Position numbers and translations under genes: made by a program
Assembly (NCBI GenBank): GCA_943787735.1
Contig: CALSNN010000001.1
Span: forward strand, 130,239-194,238
Length of the DNA: 64,000 nucleotides
Direction: 5' to 3'
DNA from: an uncultured Alphaproteobacteria bacterium
GTDB taxonomy: Bacteria; Pseudomonadota; Alphaproteobacteria; Puniceispirillales; Puniceispirillaceae
Notes under the pieces: model-generated
Databases searched by the model: none
What the model saw: the letters and a program-made list of their open reading frames with translations, nothing else
Told to the model about the DNA's origin: nothing
Part shown: piece by piece, positions 30,927 to 41,954 of the stretch
Position numbering within the stretch: position 1 is the first letter of the stretch
How the letters are laid out: each line of letters starts with the position of its first letter

Positions 30927-32099
30927 ATGTCAACATATGCCAAACCGGCAAACCGTCCGGTTATGCCGTATTTTTCTTCTGGGCCAACCAAGAAACGTCC
31001 GGGATGGTCTCCAGCCGCACTTGAAGATGCTTGCACCGGTCGGTCGCATCGTTCAGCACCTGCAAAAGATAAAATCAAAACCGCTATGAACCTTGCCCGC
31101 GAGATTTTGGGCATCCCTGATGATTACCGCATCGGCATTGTGCCCGGCTCGGATACAGGCGCGGTTGAAATGGCCATGTGGTCACTGCTTGGCGCCCGCG
31201 GCGTTGAAGTTTTGGCGTGGGAATCCTTTGGCAAAGACTGGGTTACTGATGCGGTAAGCCAGTTGAAAATTGATCCGATCACGCGCATCGCCCCTTATGG
31301 GCAATTGCCTGATCTGCGTGCGGTCGATTTCAATAATGATGTCATTTTCACATGGAATGGGACTGCCGCCGGCGTCAAAGTGCCAAATGGTGACTGGATT
31401 CCTGATAACCGCACCGGTTTGACCATTGCCGATTCAACGTCTGCCTGTTTTGCGATGGATTTGCCGTGGCAAAAGCTTGACGTTGTGACCTTTAGTTTCC
31501 AGAAATCACTTGGCGGTGAGGGCGGACATGGTGTGTTGATCCTGTCACCACGGGCGGTTGAACGGCTTGAAAGCTACACGCCGTCATGGCCAATTCCAAA
31601 ATTATTCCGTTTGACCGCTAAGGGCAAGTTGAATGAAGGTATTTTTGGCGCTGCAACGATCAATACGCCGTCAATGCTGGTTATTGAAGATGCAATTGAT
31701 GCGCTGAATTGGGCCAAATCAATTGGTGGGCTGTCTGCCTTGATGGCGCGGTCAAATGCCAGCCTCGATGCGGTCAAATCATGGGTCGATAAAACACCAT
31801 ATTTTGGGTTTTTGGCGCAGGATCCAGCGACAATTTCAAATACCGGCATTACCCTGTCGATCACTGATCCTTGGTTTGTTGCGTTAGATGATGCGGAAAA
31901 GGCGACGGTTGCGTCGCGGCTTGAAAAAGCCTTGCAGGAAGAGGGGGTTGCCCTTGACGCAGCGTCATATCGTGATGCACCTCCCGGGCTTCGGATCTGG
32001 GCCGGCCCAACGGTCGAGCCAAGTGATGTCGAAGCGCTATTGCCTTGGCTGGATTGGGCCTATGCCAAAATCCGGCAGGCTGCCGCGGCTGCCGCTTAA
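30927..32099 (+). CDS. serC: Phosphoserine aminotransferase (Methanosarcina/alphaproteobacterial type)
   Basis: [48 protein letters not shown]. Confidence 0.95.
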   Translation: MSTYAKPANRPVMPYFSSGPTKKRPGWSPAALEDACTGRSHRSAPAKDKIKTAMNLAREILGIPDDYRIGIVPGSDTGAVEMAMWSLLGARGVEVLAWESFGKDWVTDAVSQLKIDPITRIAPYGQLPDLRAVDFNNDVIFTWNGTAAGVKVPNGDWIPDNRTGLTIADSTSACFAMDLPWQKLDVVTFSFQKSLGGEGGHGVLILSPRAVERLESYTPSWPIPKLFRLTAKGKLNEGIFGAATINTPSMLVIEDAIDALNWAKSIGGLSALMARSNASLDAVKSWVDKTPYFGFLAQDPATISNTGITLSITDPWFVALDDAEKATVASRLEKALQEEGVALDAASYRDAPPGLRIWAGPTVEPSDVEALLPWLDWAYAKIRQAAAAAA

Positions 32100-32220
32100 C
32101 CTGTTTTATAGACAACCGCAATCCTGCGGTGCCGGCATCATATGATTTCTGCACTAATGCGAATTTTGATTGCCACGCTTTGCCCTGTTTCTGGGGCCAA
32201 ATAATGAATGAGATGAGACC

Positions 32221-33810
32221 ATGCCAAAAGTATTGATTAGTGACAAGCTAAGCCCGCGGGCGGCGACGATTTTCGAGGAACATGGCATTGATGTTGATGT
32301 CAAAACGGGCCTTTCGCCGGATGAGCTAAAGGCGATTATTGCCGATTATGATGGGCTGGCGATCCGTTCAGCGACCAAGGTCACGCTCGATATTTTAAAC
32401 GCTGCAACCAATCTAAAAGTTGTTGGCCGTGCCGGTATCGGGGTGGATAATGTCGATATTGCTGCGGCAACCAAACGCGGTGTGATCGTGATGAATACGC
32501 CGCATGGCAATTCGGTTACAACCGCCGAACACGCCATCACCCTAATGCTGTCCTTGGCGCGGCAGATTCCCGATGCCAATGAATCGACCAAAGCTGGCAA
32601 ATGGGAAAAATCGCGCTTTATGGGAACCGAAATCACCGGCAAAACCTTAGGTCTGATTGGCTGTGGCAATATCGGAACGATCGTCGCTGAACGGGCGCAA
32701 GGCCTGAAAATGCGGGTTGTTGGTTATGATCCTTTCCTTAGTCCGGAAAATGCGACGCGGCTTGGCATTGAAAAGCTTGGGCTTGATGAATTATTGGCGC
32801 GGGCAGATTTTATCACCCTTCACACACCATTGACCGATGCGACTCGCAATATCATCAGCGCCGACGCGTTGAATAAAACCAAAAAAGGTGTTCGGATCGT
32901 CAATTGTGCGCGGGGCGGCCTTGTTGACGAGCTGGCGATGGCGGCAGCATTGAAAAGCGGCCATGTCGCCGGGGCCGCATTTGATGTGTTTGAGGTAGAG
33001 CCAGCCACAGATAATGTGCTTTTTGGTTTTGATAATGTCATTGCAACGCCGCATCTTGGTGCCAGCACAATTGAAGCGCAGGAAAAAGTGGCACTTCAAG
33101 TTGCTGAACAAATGGCAGATTATCTGATGAAAGGGGCGGTTACCAACGCCCTGAACATGGCGTCTGTTTCAGCCGAAGAAGCCCCGATATTAAAGCCCTA
33201 TATGGCGCTTGGCGGTTTGCTTGGCAGCTTTTTGGGGCAGGTTGAAGCCGATGGCATCACCTCGGTGGTTATTGAATTTGACGGCAAAGCAGCGGCGCTA
33301 AATCCGGAACCAGTGGTGGCGACAACATTGGCGGGGCTTTTAGGGCCGGCAATGGAATCGGTCAATATGGTCAATGCGGCTGCGGTTGCTTCGGCAAATG
33401 GCATTGCCGTATCGACGGTTCGCCATGATCGCCAATGCGATTATGAAACATTGCTTCGGGTGACCATCTCGCACAATTCGGGTGATCGGACGATTGCCGG
33501 AACCTTGGTCGGTGGCAATAAGCCGCGGATTGTCGAGGTACAGCATATTGCTGTCGAGTCAGATTTCCCGCCGCATCTTCTTTATCTTCGCAACTATGAC
33601 AAGCCGGGCTTTATTGGTGATCTTGGCAGCCTTTGCGGCAAGCATGGAATCAATATTGCGACGTTCCATCTTGGGCGACGTGAAGCAGGCGGCGAGGCGA
33701 TTGCCCTTGTCGAGATTGATGGCGGTTTGCCCAAAACCATGTTGCCTGAAATCCGTGCTCTGGATCAGGTGGTGCGGGCTGACGCGCTGCATTTCGCACT
33801 TGATATTTAA
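32221..33810 (+). CDS. serA: D-3-phosphoglycerate dehydrogenase
   Basis: GRAGIGVDN, IGCGNIG, NCARGG, TPHLGAST, C-terminal ACT domain. Confidence 0.97.
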   Translation: MPKVLISDKLSPRAATIFEEHGIDVDVKTGLSPDELKAIIADYDGLAIRSATKVTLDILNAATNLKVVGRAGIGVDNVDIAAATKRGVIVMNTPHGNSVTTAEHAITLMLSLARQIPDANESTKAGKWEKSRFMGTEITGKTLGLIGCGNIGTIVAERAQGLKMRVVGYDPFLSPENATRLGIEKLGLDELLARADFITLHTPLTDATRNIISADALNKTKKGVRIVNCARGGLVDELAMAAALKSGHVAGAAFDVFEVEPATDNVLFGFDNVIATPHLGASTIEAQEKVALQVAEQMADYLMKGAVTNALNMASVSAEEAPILKPYMALGGLLGSFLGQVEADGITSVVIEFDGKAAALNPEPVVATTLAGLLGPAMESVNMVNAAAVASANGIAVSTVRHDRQCDYETLLRVTISHNSGDRTIAGTLVGGNKPRIVEVQHIAVESDFPPHLLYLRNYDKPGFIGDLGSLCGKHGINIATFHLGRREAGGEAIALVEIDGGLPKTMLPEIRALDQVVRADALHFALDI

Positions 33811-33906
33811 CCGGCGGTTTTCGCTGGTGGATAGGCGGCTATCTTGCTCTGGCCATCGTTGGTGCGCTGGGCTGATAAATTAACCGATGCCACTGGCATG
33901 GCACCG

Positions 33907-33936
33907 TTGCCTTTGCCGCGTGAACTCTGCTATAAC
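33907..33936 (+). promoter_or_regulatory. Putative sigma70 promoter of purA
   Basis: TTGCCT-N18-TATAAC with extended -10 TG, about 145 nt upstream of the ATG. Confidence 0.45.
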
Positions 33937-34080
33937 CAGCCGCGGTTCATGCGGCCCGTCGGCATGATCTATGGTTTCAAGGTAGGTGAACATGACACGT
34001 TGCAAATTGCGCAGCGACATGGCGTCTGCCCTGTCTTTCGATCTTGATGTCGATCCCCTCGGTGGGACAAAGGGTTTTTC

Positions 34081-35379
34081 ATGGCGAATGTAGCGGTAAT
34101 TGGTGCGCAATGGGGTGATGAGGGCAAAGGCAAGATTGTCGATTGGCTGTCAAGCCGCGCCGATGTTGTTGTCAGATTTCAAGGTGGCCATAATGCTGGT
34201 CATACGCTTGTCATTGACGGCGTTGAATATAAATTATCGCTTTTGCCTTCTGGCATTGTCCGGTCGGGGAAATTATCGGTCATTGGCAATGGTGTCGTTA
34301 TTGATCCGGCGCATTTGCTAAAAGAAATTGGCATTTTGCGCGGTCAGGGCGCAGCGATTAGCCCAGCAAGCCTTTTGGTATCTGAATCTGCGGCCTTAAT
34401 CTTGCCGGTTCATCAGGCGGTTGATGCGGCGCGTGAAGCGTTGCGCGGTGCTGGTAAAATCGGCACAACCGGTCGCGGTATCGGCCCTGCCTATGAGGAT
34501 AAGGTTGCCCGCCGTGCGGTTCGTCTTGGTGATCTGGCATCCGAAGATGTTTTAACAGAAAAGCTGGTGGCGCTTGCCGCGCATCACAATGTCTGGCTTG
34601 CCGCCGCCGAACAGCCACTTGCTGATGCTGACAAGATGAAGGCTGATCTTTTGGCAATGCGTGACGAATTACTGACCTATACTGGCCAGAGCTGGCGTTG
34701 TCTTGCCGATGCGCGCGCTGCCAATAAGCGGGTTTTGTTTGAAGGCGCCCAAGGCGTGATGCTGGATATTGATCACGGCACTTATCCTTTTGTGACCTCA
34801 AGCAATACTGTGGCTGGTCAGGCTGCAACAGGTGCTGGTACCGGCCCAACCGATATCGGATTTGTTCTTGGTATCACCAAGGCCTATACAACCCGTGTTG
34901 GCAGTGGCCCATTCCCAACCGAAGATTTTGGCGCCGATGGTGACCGTATGGGCGAACGTGGCCGTGAATTTGGCACTGTAACGGGCCGTAAGCGGCGTTG
35001 TGGCTGGTTTGATGCGGTTATGGTGCGTCAGGCAGGTCATGTGGCCGGTATCACTGGCATGGCCTTGACCAAGCTTGATGTTCTTGATGGGTTCGATATT
35101 TTGAAAATATGCGTTGGCTATCAGATCGACGGCAGCGATAAAATACTGGATTATTTTCCGTCAGATGCTGGCGCACAAGCCGCTTGCAAGCCAATTTATG
35201 AAGAAATGCCGGGTTGGTCAGACAGCACCTATGGCGCACGCAGCTGGGCCGAATTACCGGCTAATGCGGTCAAATATATCCGCCGCGTTGAAGAATTGAC
35301 CAAATTGCCCGTAACGCTGCTATCAACAAGTCCAGAACGCGATGATACGATTCTGGTGCGCGACCCGTTTGAAGGCTAG
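34081..35379 (+). CDS. purA: Adenylosuccinate synthetase
   Basis: [44 protein letters not shown]. Confidence 0.99.
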   Translation: MANVAVIGAQWGDEGKGKIVDWLSSRADVVVRFQGGHNAGHTLVIDGVEYKLSLLPSGIVRSGKLSVIGNGVVIDPAHLLKEIGILRGQGAAISPASLLVSESAALILPVHQAVDAAREALRGAGKIGTTGRGIGPAYEDKVARRAVRLGDLASEDVLTEKLVALAAHHNVWLAAAEQPLADADKMKADLLAMRDELLTYTGQSWRCLADARAANKRVLFEGAQGVMLDIDHGTYPFVTSSNTVAGQAATGAGTGPTDIGFVLGITKAYTTRVGSGPFPTEDFGADGDRMGERGREFGTVTGRKRRCGWFDAVMVRQAGHVAGITGMALTKLDVLDGFDILKICVGYQIDGSDKILDYFPSDAGAQAACKPIYEEMPGWSDSTYGARSWAELPANAVKYIRRVEELTKLPVTLLSTSPERDDTILVRDPFEG

Positions 35380-36287
35380 GCCTCGGCTTCGCTGTGATGC
35401 GGCAATAGCTGCATTTCTTCGGCCTTGTCGCGAACTGCCTTTTGCAGCTTTTCAAAGGCGCGGACTTCAATCTGGCGAATCCGTTCGCGGCTGACGCTAA
35501 ATTCGGCAGCTAGATCTTCAAGTGTAAGTGGCGGTTCGGCAAGCCTGCGCGCTTCAAGAATGCGTTGTTCGCGCGGGTTTAACCCCTGCATCGCATCAAC
35601 CATCAGATTGCGACGTGCGCCATATTCTTCCTGTTCGGCAAAGCTGGTTTCCTGGTCAACGCTATCATCTTCAAGCCAATCCTGCCATTCGCCGCTGCCC
35701 TCGCCATCGCGGCTAAGCGGTACATTCAACGAACGGTCATTACCAGCCATGCGTTGATTCATTGAAATCACTTCGGTTTCGGACACATCAAGCTGCGTGG
35801 CAATCTGGGTAACCTGTTCTGGCTTAAGATCGCCATCTTCAATCGCTTGGATCTGTCCTTTGATACGGCGCAGATTGAAAAATAGTTTCTTTTGTCCGGC
35901 AGTCGTGCCGATTTTCACCAACGACCATGACCGCAAGATATATTCCTGAATTGCTGCTTTGATCCACCACATAGCATAGGTGGCCAACCGAAATCCTTTT
36001 TCAGGTTCAAATTTTTTGACGGCATGCATCATGCCAAGGTTGCCTTCAGAAATCAGATCGGCAACCGGCAGGCCATAGCCGCGATATCCCATTGCAATTT
36101 TGGCCACAAGCCGCAAATGGCTGGTTACCAGCTTGTGCGCTGCTTTGACATCGCCTTTGTCTTTCCATGATTTTGCCAGCATATATTCTTCGCCCGGCTC
36201 CAGCATTGGAAAGGCGCGAATTTGCTCGAGGTAGCGCGACAGATTTCCATCTGGGCTTAACGCCGGAAACATAGATTTAGCAGCCAT
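35376..36287 (-). CDS. rpoH: RNA polymerase sigma-32 factor
   Basis: [17 protein letters not shown], RpoH box [18 protein letters not shown]. Confidence 0.97.
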   Translation of the reverse strand: MAAKSMFPALSPDGNLSRYLEQIRAFPMLEPGEEYMLAKSWKDKGDVKAAHKLVTSHLRLVAKIAMGYRGYGLPVADLISEGNLGMMHAVKKFEPEKGFRLATYAMWWIKAAIQEYILRSWSLVKIGTTAGQKKLFFNLRRIKGQIQAIEDGDLKPEQVTQIATQLDVSETEVISMNQRMAGNDRSLNVPLSRDGEGSGEWQDWLEDDSVDQETSFAEQEEYGARRNLMVDAMQGLNPREQRILEARRLAEPPLTLEDLAAEFSVSRERIRQIEVRAFEKLQKAVRDKAEEMQLLPHHSEAEA

Positions 36288-36439
36288 CTTGATCTCTCCA
36301 CTGGGCCAAACTCATATTGTCCGGCTTTGGCGCCGCTTGACGTTACCACGCCGCGCTTTGCCGAACTTCCCATGAGTGGAAATAAACCACTTAATCGGGG
36401 CTAGATTAAGGCTATTTTTTGCAAAACTCTTTTTCAATA

Positions 36440-36469
36440 ATTCTAATTTTCGCACATATAGACTGTCAA
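36440..36469 (-). promoter_or_regulatory. Putative sigma70 promoter of rpoH
   Basis: Minus strand TTGACA-N18-TAGAAT, about 150 nt upstream of the ATG. Confidence 0.6.
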
Positions 36470-36507
36470 AAACAGAACATTACGCGGGGAAATAGCAAAA
36501 ATAAAAG

Positions 36508-37548
36508 CTAGCCAGAAGGGTGGGTTTTGCCAGTTGCGCGGTCGGAAACAGTACGCTCCATCAAGGCTAGAAGGCCAGCCATATCGTCGGGAAGCGGTGT
36601 TTCAAAGCGCAGGGCTTCGCCAGTAATCGGATGGGCAAAGCCAAGAAGCGCTGCATGCAACGCTTGACGACCAAAATCGCGCATCTGCGACAGGCCGGTA
36701 CGCGCCAGATTATCCGGCATTTGACCCGAACGTGGCGCCCGCCCATATAAGGGATCGCCGATAACCCCATGGCCAATATGCGCCATATGAACACGAATTT
36801 GATGTGTTCTGCCCGTTTCAAGACGGCATTCAACATGCGATCCAAAAGGGGGAAAACGGCGCAGCAATTGCCAATGCGTCACCGCGTTACGGCCTTTGGT
36901 GGTGATGGCCTGGCGTTTGCGGTCATAGCTGGCGCGGCCGATCGGTTGGTCAATGGTGCCGTCACGGTCAACGTTGGTTCCCCAAACAAGCGCCTGATAG
37001 CGCCGGTCAATATCATGCGCGGCAAACATACCGGTCAGGCCATGATGCGCCGCATCTGTTTTGGCGACAACCATCGTGCCGGATGTGTCTTTATCAAGGC
37101 GGTGGACAATGCCCGGCCGCATTACCCCGCCAATGCCGGTAAGCGATGGCCCGCAATGGGCAATCAGCGCATTGACCAAAGTACCGGTCAGCGATCCGGG
37201 TGCGGGATGCACGACCAGCCCCGCCGGTTTATTCAGGACAATCAGATGCGAATCTTCAAACAGAATATCGAGTGCGATATTTTCGGCCTTTGGCACGGCA
37301 TCAATCGGCGGTGGCAAAATCAAAGCATAGCTTGCACCGGGTTTGACCGGTGCTGATGGATCGGTTAGGGTGCGCCCATCTTCGCTTAGCTGTCCATCAA
37401 GGATCAGCGCTTTAATCCGGCTGCGTGACAAAGGCTGGCTTGGCGTGCCAAAATGGGCTGCCAGAAACCGGTCAATGCGGTCTGCAGGAATATCGTCAGC
37501 GGCAAGATGAACAAGACGTGTTGTTGGATCGTCAGAGGAATAGGTCAT
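36508..37548 (-). CDS. rluD: RluA-family 23S rRNA pseudouridine synthase (RluD-like)
   Basis: S4 domain, NKPAGLVVHP, GIVHRLDKDTSG, TGRTHQIRVH, RQALHA. Confidence 0.92.
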   Translation of the reverse strand: MTYSSDDPTTRLVHLAADDIPADRIDRFLAAHFGTPSQPLSRSRIKALILDGQLSEDGRTLTDPSAPVKPGASYALILPPPIDAVPKAENIALDILFEDSHLIVLNKPAGLVVHPAPGSLTGTLVNALIAHCGPSLTGIGGVMRPGIVHRLDKDTSGTMVVAKTDAAHHGLTGMFAAHDIDRRYQALVWGTNVDRDGTIDQPIGRASYDRKRQAITTKGRNAVTHWQLLRRFPPFGSHVECRLETGRTHQIRVHMAHIGHGVIGDPLYGRAPRSGQMPDNLARTGLSQMRDFGRQALHAALLGFAHPITGEALRFETPLPDDMAGLLALMERTVSDRATGKTHPSG

Positions 37549-37924
37549 GGATCAGGACAATAAAGCAAAAGCGGCAAATACAACAGCCCCACAATCATCT
37601 GATGTAAAGACTGAAGCACCATCGGCTGTGGTCCGGAATCTTGGGCTGATCAAGGCAATGGCCATCATCATGGCGGTTTTGATTGTGGCGGCATTGGCGG
37701 TCATTATTGTAACAATCTATAGCCGGCTTACCGCGGCAAATTCGGCCAAGGCGATCCAGCAAAATGAACTTGTGATCCCTACTGATAGCCGGATTACCGG
37801 TGCCAGCCTGGGTGATAAGGGGCAACTGCTTGTCATCATCGAAGATAAAACCGGCCAGCAATTATGGCAGCTCGATGCGTCAGGTAAAATTCAGCGCAAA
37901 ACCCGCATCACGCCAAAGCGGTAA
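37547..37924 (+). CDS. Hypothetical single-TM protein
   Basis: One long hydrophobic helix followed by a small beta-rich domain; fills the gap divergent from rluD. Confidence 0.7.
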   Translation: MDQDNKAKAANTTAPQSSDVKTEAPSAVVRNLGLIKAMAIIMAVLIVAALAVIIVTIYSRLTAANSAKAIQQNELVIPTDSRITGASLGDKGQLLVIIEDKTGQQLWQLDASGKIQRKTRITPKR

Positions 37925-37948
37925 AATATGCTGATCACGCTGGATTGC

Positions 37949-38293
37949 CTATAGGCCCAAATCGGATTTAGCCGATAAAAGCAACCGTTCCAGCGGCATG
38001 TCGCTAAAGCTCCACACATCAAATCCCACCACCAGTGGCAAAACATAATAACGAAGGATAAACAATGTGCCCGCAGCGTAAAGCGGCATAAGACGACTGA
38101 TGATAAAGGCTGGCTTGATCAAGTTGATCACGGCATAAATCGGGGCATTTAGCCCGCGTAACAGCCGCATCAAGACAAAGGCACTATCTTCATTCATCAC
38201 GATGTTCAGCAGAAAATGCACAAAACTGGCCCACATCAATAAACCAAAAGGCAGGTCAATCAAAATGCCGATTGGAGGTGTTGTTGTGATCAT
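37949..38293 (-). CDS. Small membrane protein, possibly YggT-like
   Basis: Two to three hydrophobic segments with L..L..PI...I..I.P pattern reminiscent of YggT. Confidence 0.55.
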   Translation of the reverse strand: MITTTPPIGILIDLPFGLLMWASFVHFLLNIVMNEDSAFVLMRLLRGLNAPIYAVINLIKPAFIISRLMPLYAAGTLFILRYYVLPLVVGFDVWSFSDMPLERLLLSAKSDLGL

Positions 38294-38575
38294 GAGAATG
38301 GTTCCAAATCGCGATCGTTGATGGCGCTGTATCTATCCCCATAAAAACCGAATAAAAGACTTGATGCAAGCCCAAGATCACGCGCCAAGGCAATGAAAAG
38401 CGATAACCAGACTTGATCGGGGGCTGGTATATTGTGTCAAAAAAAGATACATAAGGACAACGTGATTGCCGGTTTGCCGCTGCAGGATTGAATTTGCCTG
38501 TTTTGACGTGCCACGCATCACTGAATTACCATTGTCGGAACCCCCGACGCGACCGGAAAGAGAACTGGAAAAATC

Positions 38576-40255
38576 ATGGCTAGCCATCAATATGTTTATG
38601 TAATGAACCGCTTAAGCAAGGCATGGCCCGGTGGTAAGGAAGTTCTGAAAAATGTCAGCCTGTCATTTCTGCCTGGTGCCAAAATCGGCGTTTTGGGTCT
38701 GAATGGATCGGGTAAATCAACCTTGCTGAAAATCATGGCTGGAATCGAAACCGAATTTCAGGGTGAAGCATGGGCTGCCGATGGCATCAAAATTGGCTAT
38801 CTGGCACAAGAGCCGGAATTGGACCCGTCATTGGATGTGACAGGCAATGTTCTTGCTGGCATGGGCCGCGCTAAACAACTTGTCGACCGGTTCAACGAAG
38901 TTAGCGCCAAATTTGCCGAAGAAATGAGCGATGACGAAATGAATGCTGTCATTGCTGAACAGGCTGAATTGCAGGAAGAAATTGATGCAATCGACGCATG
39001 GGATCTAGAGCGCAAAGCCGAAATTGCGATGGACGCGCTTCGTGTGCCGCCGGGCGACGCCGATGTCACAAAATTATCAGGTGGTGAAAAGCGCCGTGTT
39101 GCGCTTTGCCAGCTATTGCTTAGCGCGCCTGACATGCTGCTTCTTGACGAGCCGACGAACCATTTGGACGCCGAATCTGTCGCGTGGCTGCAAAAATTCC
39201 TTCATGATTTCCCAGGTACCGTTGTCACCATCACGCATGATCGTTATTTCCTTGATGATGTTGCCGGCTGGATTCTTGAACTCGATCGCGGCGCTGGTAT
39301 CCCCTATGAGGGGAATTATTCGGGCTGGCTTGAACAAAAGCAAAAGCGGCTTGAACAAGAAGGTCGCGCCGATGATGCGCGGGTGAAATCATTGTCGCGC
39401 GAATTGGAATGGGTGCGTGCCGCACCAAAGGCACGTCAGGCCAAATCCAAAGCACGGATCAATGCCTATGAAAAGCTGCTTGCCGATGATCAGCAGAAAC
39501 AGGTCGATGTGGCGCGGATTTCGATTCCGGCCGGCCCACGGCTTGGCGATGTGGTGATTAACGCCAATGGGCTTTGCAAGGCATTTGGTGATCGGCTGTT
39601 GATTGACGATTTATCATTCCGCCTGCCACCTGGTGGTATTGTTGGTGTGATTGGCCCGAACGGCGCAGGTAAGACCACGCTATTTCGCATGATTACCGGT
39701 GATGAAGCGCCTGATGAAGGTGATTTTTCCGTTGGTGATACGGTCAAGCTTGGCTATGTCGACCAGTCGCGTGACGCGTTGGATGACAAACAAACGGTTT
39801 GGCAGGTCATTTCGGACGGTATGGAAGAAATCGAGCTTGGCAAACGCACGATGCAATCGCGTGCCTATGTCGGACAGTTCAATTTCAAAGGCGGTGATCA
39901 GCAAAAGACCGTTGGCCAGCTATCAGGCGGCGAGCGCAACAGGGTGCATCTGGCGCGCATGTTGAAATCGGGGGCAAATCTGCTGCTTCTCGATGAGCCA
40001 ACAAATGATCTTGATGTTGATACGCTTCGCGCGCTTGAAGAGGCACTATTGGAATTTGCTGGCTGTGCGGTTGTGGTTAGCCACGACCGTTGGTTCCTTG
40101 ACCGGATTGCAACGCATATTCTGGCCTTTGAAGGTGATAGCCATGTTGAATGGTTTGAAGGCAATTATGAAGCCTATGAGGTCGATAAAAAGCGGCGCCT
40201 TGGTGCCGATGCTGATCGGCCAACCCGCATTAAATATAAGCCAATCTCGCGCTAG
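38576..40255 (+). CDS. ettA: Energy-dependent translational throttle A (ABC-F)
   Basis: Two ABC domains, no TM; [35 protein letters not shown] linker, WFEGN. Confidence 0.96.
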   Translation: MASHQYVYVMNRLSKAWPGGKEVLKNVSLSFLPGAKIGVLGLNGSGKSTLLKIMAGIETEFQGEAWAADGIKIGYLAQEPELDPSLDVTGNVLAGMGRAKQLVDRFNEVSAKFAEEMSDDEMNAVIAEQAELQEEIDAIDAWDLERKAEIAMDALRVPPGDADVTKLSGGEKRRVALCQLLLSAPDMLLLDEPTNHLDAESVAWLQKFLHDFPGTVVTITHDRYFLDDVAGWILELDRGAGIPYEGNYSGWLEQKQKRLEQEGRADDARVKSLSRELEWVRAAPKARQAKSKARINAYEKLLADDQQKQVDVARISIPAGPRLGDVVINANGLCKAFGDRLLIDDLSFRLPPGGIVGVIGPNGAGKTTLFRMITGDEAPDEGDFSVGDTVKLGYVDQSRDALDDKQTVWQVISDGMEEIELGKRTMQSRAYVGQFNFKGGDQQKTVGQLSGGERNRVHLARMLKSGANLLLLDEPTNDLDVDTLRALEEALLEFAGCAVVVSHDRWFLDRIATHILAFEGDSHVEWFEGNYEAYEVDKKRRLGADADRPTRIKYKPISR

Positions 40256-40296
40256 CCTGCTTGTCTGAAAAAACGCTTATATCATTCCCATGATTG

Positions 40297-40326
40297 AAAA
40301 AAGGCCGGAATGTTCCGGCTTTTTTT
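40297..40326. terminator. Bidirectional intrinsic terminator between ettA and mlaC
   Basis: A6-GGCCGGAA-TG-TTCCGGCT-T6. Confidence 0.85.
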
Positions 40327-40335
40327 AATGGCTAT

Positions 40336-40998
40336 TTACGGTGCTGGTTGGCGTTTTTTCATCGCCTCAATCAGCGCTGAAAACCGGCCTTCATTCTGGC
40401 GGATAATGGTAATATTTTCCTGTTTTTGCGTAACCAGCATCGAAATATTCTCGATTTCAACATCCAGAACCTTTGCCGGTGCCGTCGCTGGTGTAATGAC
40501 ACGCCAGCCAACCGAAACAGCAGGCCGCTTGCCGGTCGAGTCATTAAATGAACCGCGAACCAGAACCATCTTGTCACCCTTGGCCTGACTATCAATTGTG
40601 GTAAAGCGCAGGCCCGATAATTGATCAAAATTGCGGACGATGGTGCCGATCACGACATCACGCATGGTTCGGATATAATCAATGCGTTCTTGTTCGCTGG
40701 CGGCGCGCCAGTAAGGCCCAGCAGAAAAGCGGGCAATACCCGGCAAATCAAAATGCGTATCAAGAAGCTTTGCTATATTTTCGGTTCGTTTTTCAACATT
40801 GCCCGAATCTGTTTCCAGATAGGTTTCAACATCGCGGATCATGCTTGTGATCACATTGTTAGCAGCGGCAATCTGATCGCTGGCACGCGCCGGTAGCGAT
40901 GTCAAAAACAGCGGTAAAATACATAGACAAACAAATCCGCCACGGAGCCAAGCCCGCAAATAAGTGGTCAAAATTCCAATTTGGCTTTTGATTATCAT
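40336..40998 (-). CDS. mlaC: MlaC/Ttg2D phospholipid shuttle protein
   Basis: FDLPGIARFSAGPYWR.AS, KVLDVEIENISML; ATGA-coupled to mlaA. Confidence 0.85.
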   Translation of the reverse strand: MIIKSQIGILTTYLRAWLRGGFVCLCILPLFLTSLPARASDQIAAANNVITSMIRDVETYLETDSGNVEKRTENIAKLLDTHFDLPGIARFSAGPYWRAASEQERIDYIRTMRDVVIGTIVRNFDQLSGLRFTTIDSQAKGDKMVLVRGSFNDSTGKRPAVSVGWRVITPATAPAKVLDVEIENISMLVTQKQENITIIRQNEGRFSALIEAMKKRQPAP

Positions 40999-41771
40999 TT
41001 CGGGTCCTCAAGGAATGATTCAAACTGATCATCGGCTGTACGATTATCGGTTGGCTTCCCAACCATGGCATTGATGCGGCCAGCCCGTCCTTGATAATAT
41101 AGCGAGCGGGTACGGGCATAAGGGTCAAGCGAATTATATTTCACATCATTAAATGCTTCGAACAGATTGGCCCGCATTGACACTAACGCAACTGGCGGGC
41201 GCATTGTCTGCATTGTTTGGATGGCATCACCGGCTTTTAGAAACGACATGGGGTTGGTCACCGAATCGACAACACGGCCGGCTAGGCTTCGGCCGGTATT
41301 TGGGCCAAGAACAGGCACCATCAGATAATTGCCTTCGGGCACATCAAACGATGCCAAGGTCTGACCAAAATCCTGACTTTTGACCGCTTTTGGATCTTCG
41401 GTCAGGTCAATCAGTCCAAGTGTCAGGCTGTTGACGACAAAATGCACTGCTGACAGCCCTGCATTTTCAAAACGGCCCTGCAATGCTGAATTGAATGTCG
41501 TGGCTGGAAGGCCCGTCCAGTCAATATGGTTATCAATGGCACGGCGTCCAGCTTTAGGCATGACAGTGCGATACCCATCGGCGGCTGGTTCTAAAATATA
41601 TGTATCAAGGCCCATGTTAAAGGCAAAGGCTTTGCGATTCGAACCTTCATATGGGTCGCGCGCGTCAGTTCTTTCGTCTTCTGGAACAGAGCTGCATGCC
41701 GCCAAAAGCAGGATAGCCGCAAAAGGGACGGCTAAAAGGCTGCGCAGGCTGGATTTTGGTAATGCAAACAT
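40995..41771 (-). CDS. mlaA: MlaA/VacJ family lipoprotein
   Basis: LAAC lipobox, DPYEGSNR..FAFN, DFGQTL, YLMVPVLGP, DPYARTRS.Y; ATG 41771. Confidence 0.92.
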   Translation of the reverse strand: MFALPKSSLRSLLAVPFAAILLLAACSSVPEDERTDARDPYEGSNRKAFAFNMGLDTYILEPAADGYRTVMPKAGRRAIDNHIDWTGLPATTFNSALQGRFENAGLSAVHFVVNSLTLGLIDLTEDPKAVKSQDFGQTLASFDVPEGNYLMVPVLGPNTGRSLAGRVVDSVTNPMSFLKAGDAIQTMQTMRPPVALVSMRANLFEAFNDVKYNSLDPYARTRSLYYQGRAGRINAMVGKPTDNRTADDQFESFLEDPK

Positions 41772-41939
41772 ATCTGTCCATTCAAAGATTCTAAAACCGC
41801 ATATGCAACATATCGCAATAAAGTCCGATTGCAAAAATGATTCAGCATTCCGTAAACAGCAATCTGGCAAAATCATCAAAAAATAAGTGACGCAAGATAC
41901 TGCATTGCGATTGACCCACCCATCTGCATTTGCGAGTTT

Positions 41940-41954
41940 GAACACATCATGAAC
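41940..41954 (+). promoter_or_regulatory. Putative LexA (SOS) box overlapping the uvrD start
   Basis: GAAC-ACATCAT-GAAC equals the alphaproteobacterial GAAC-N7-GAAC consensus; TTGACC -35-like hexamer at 41911. Confidence 0.65.
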
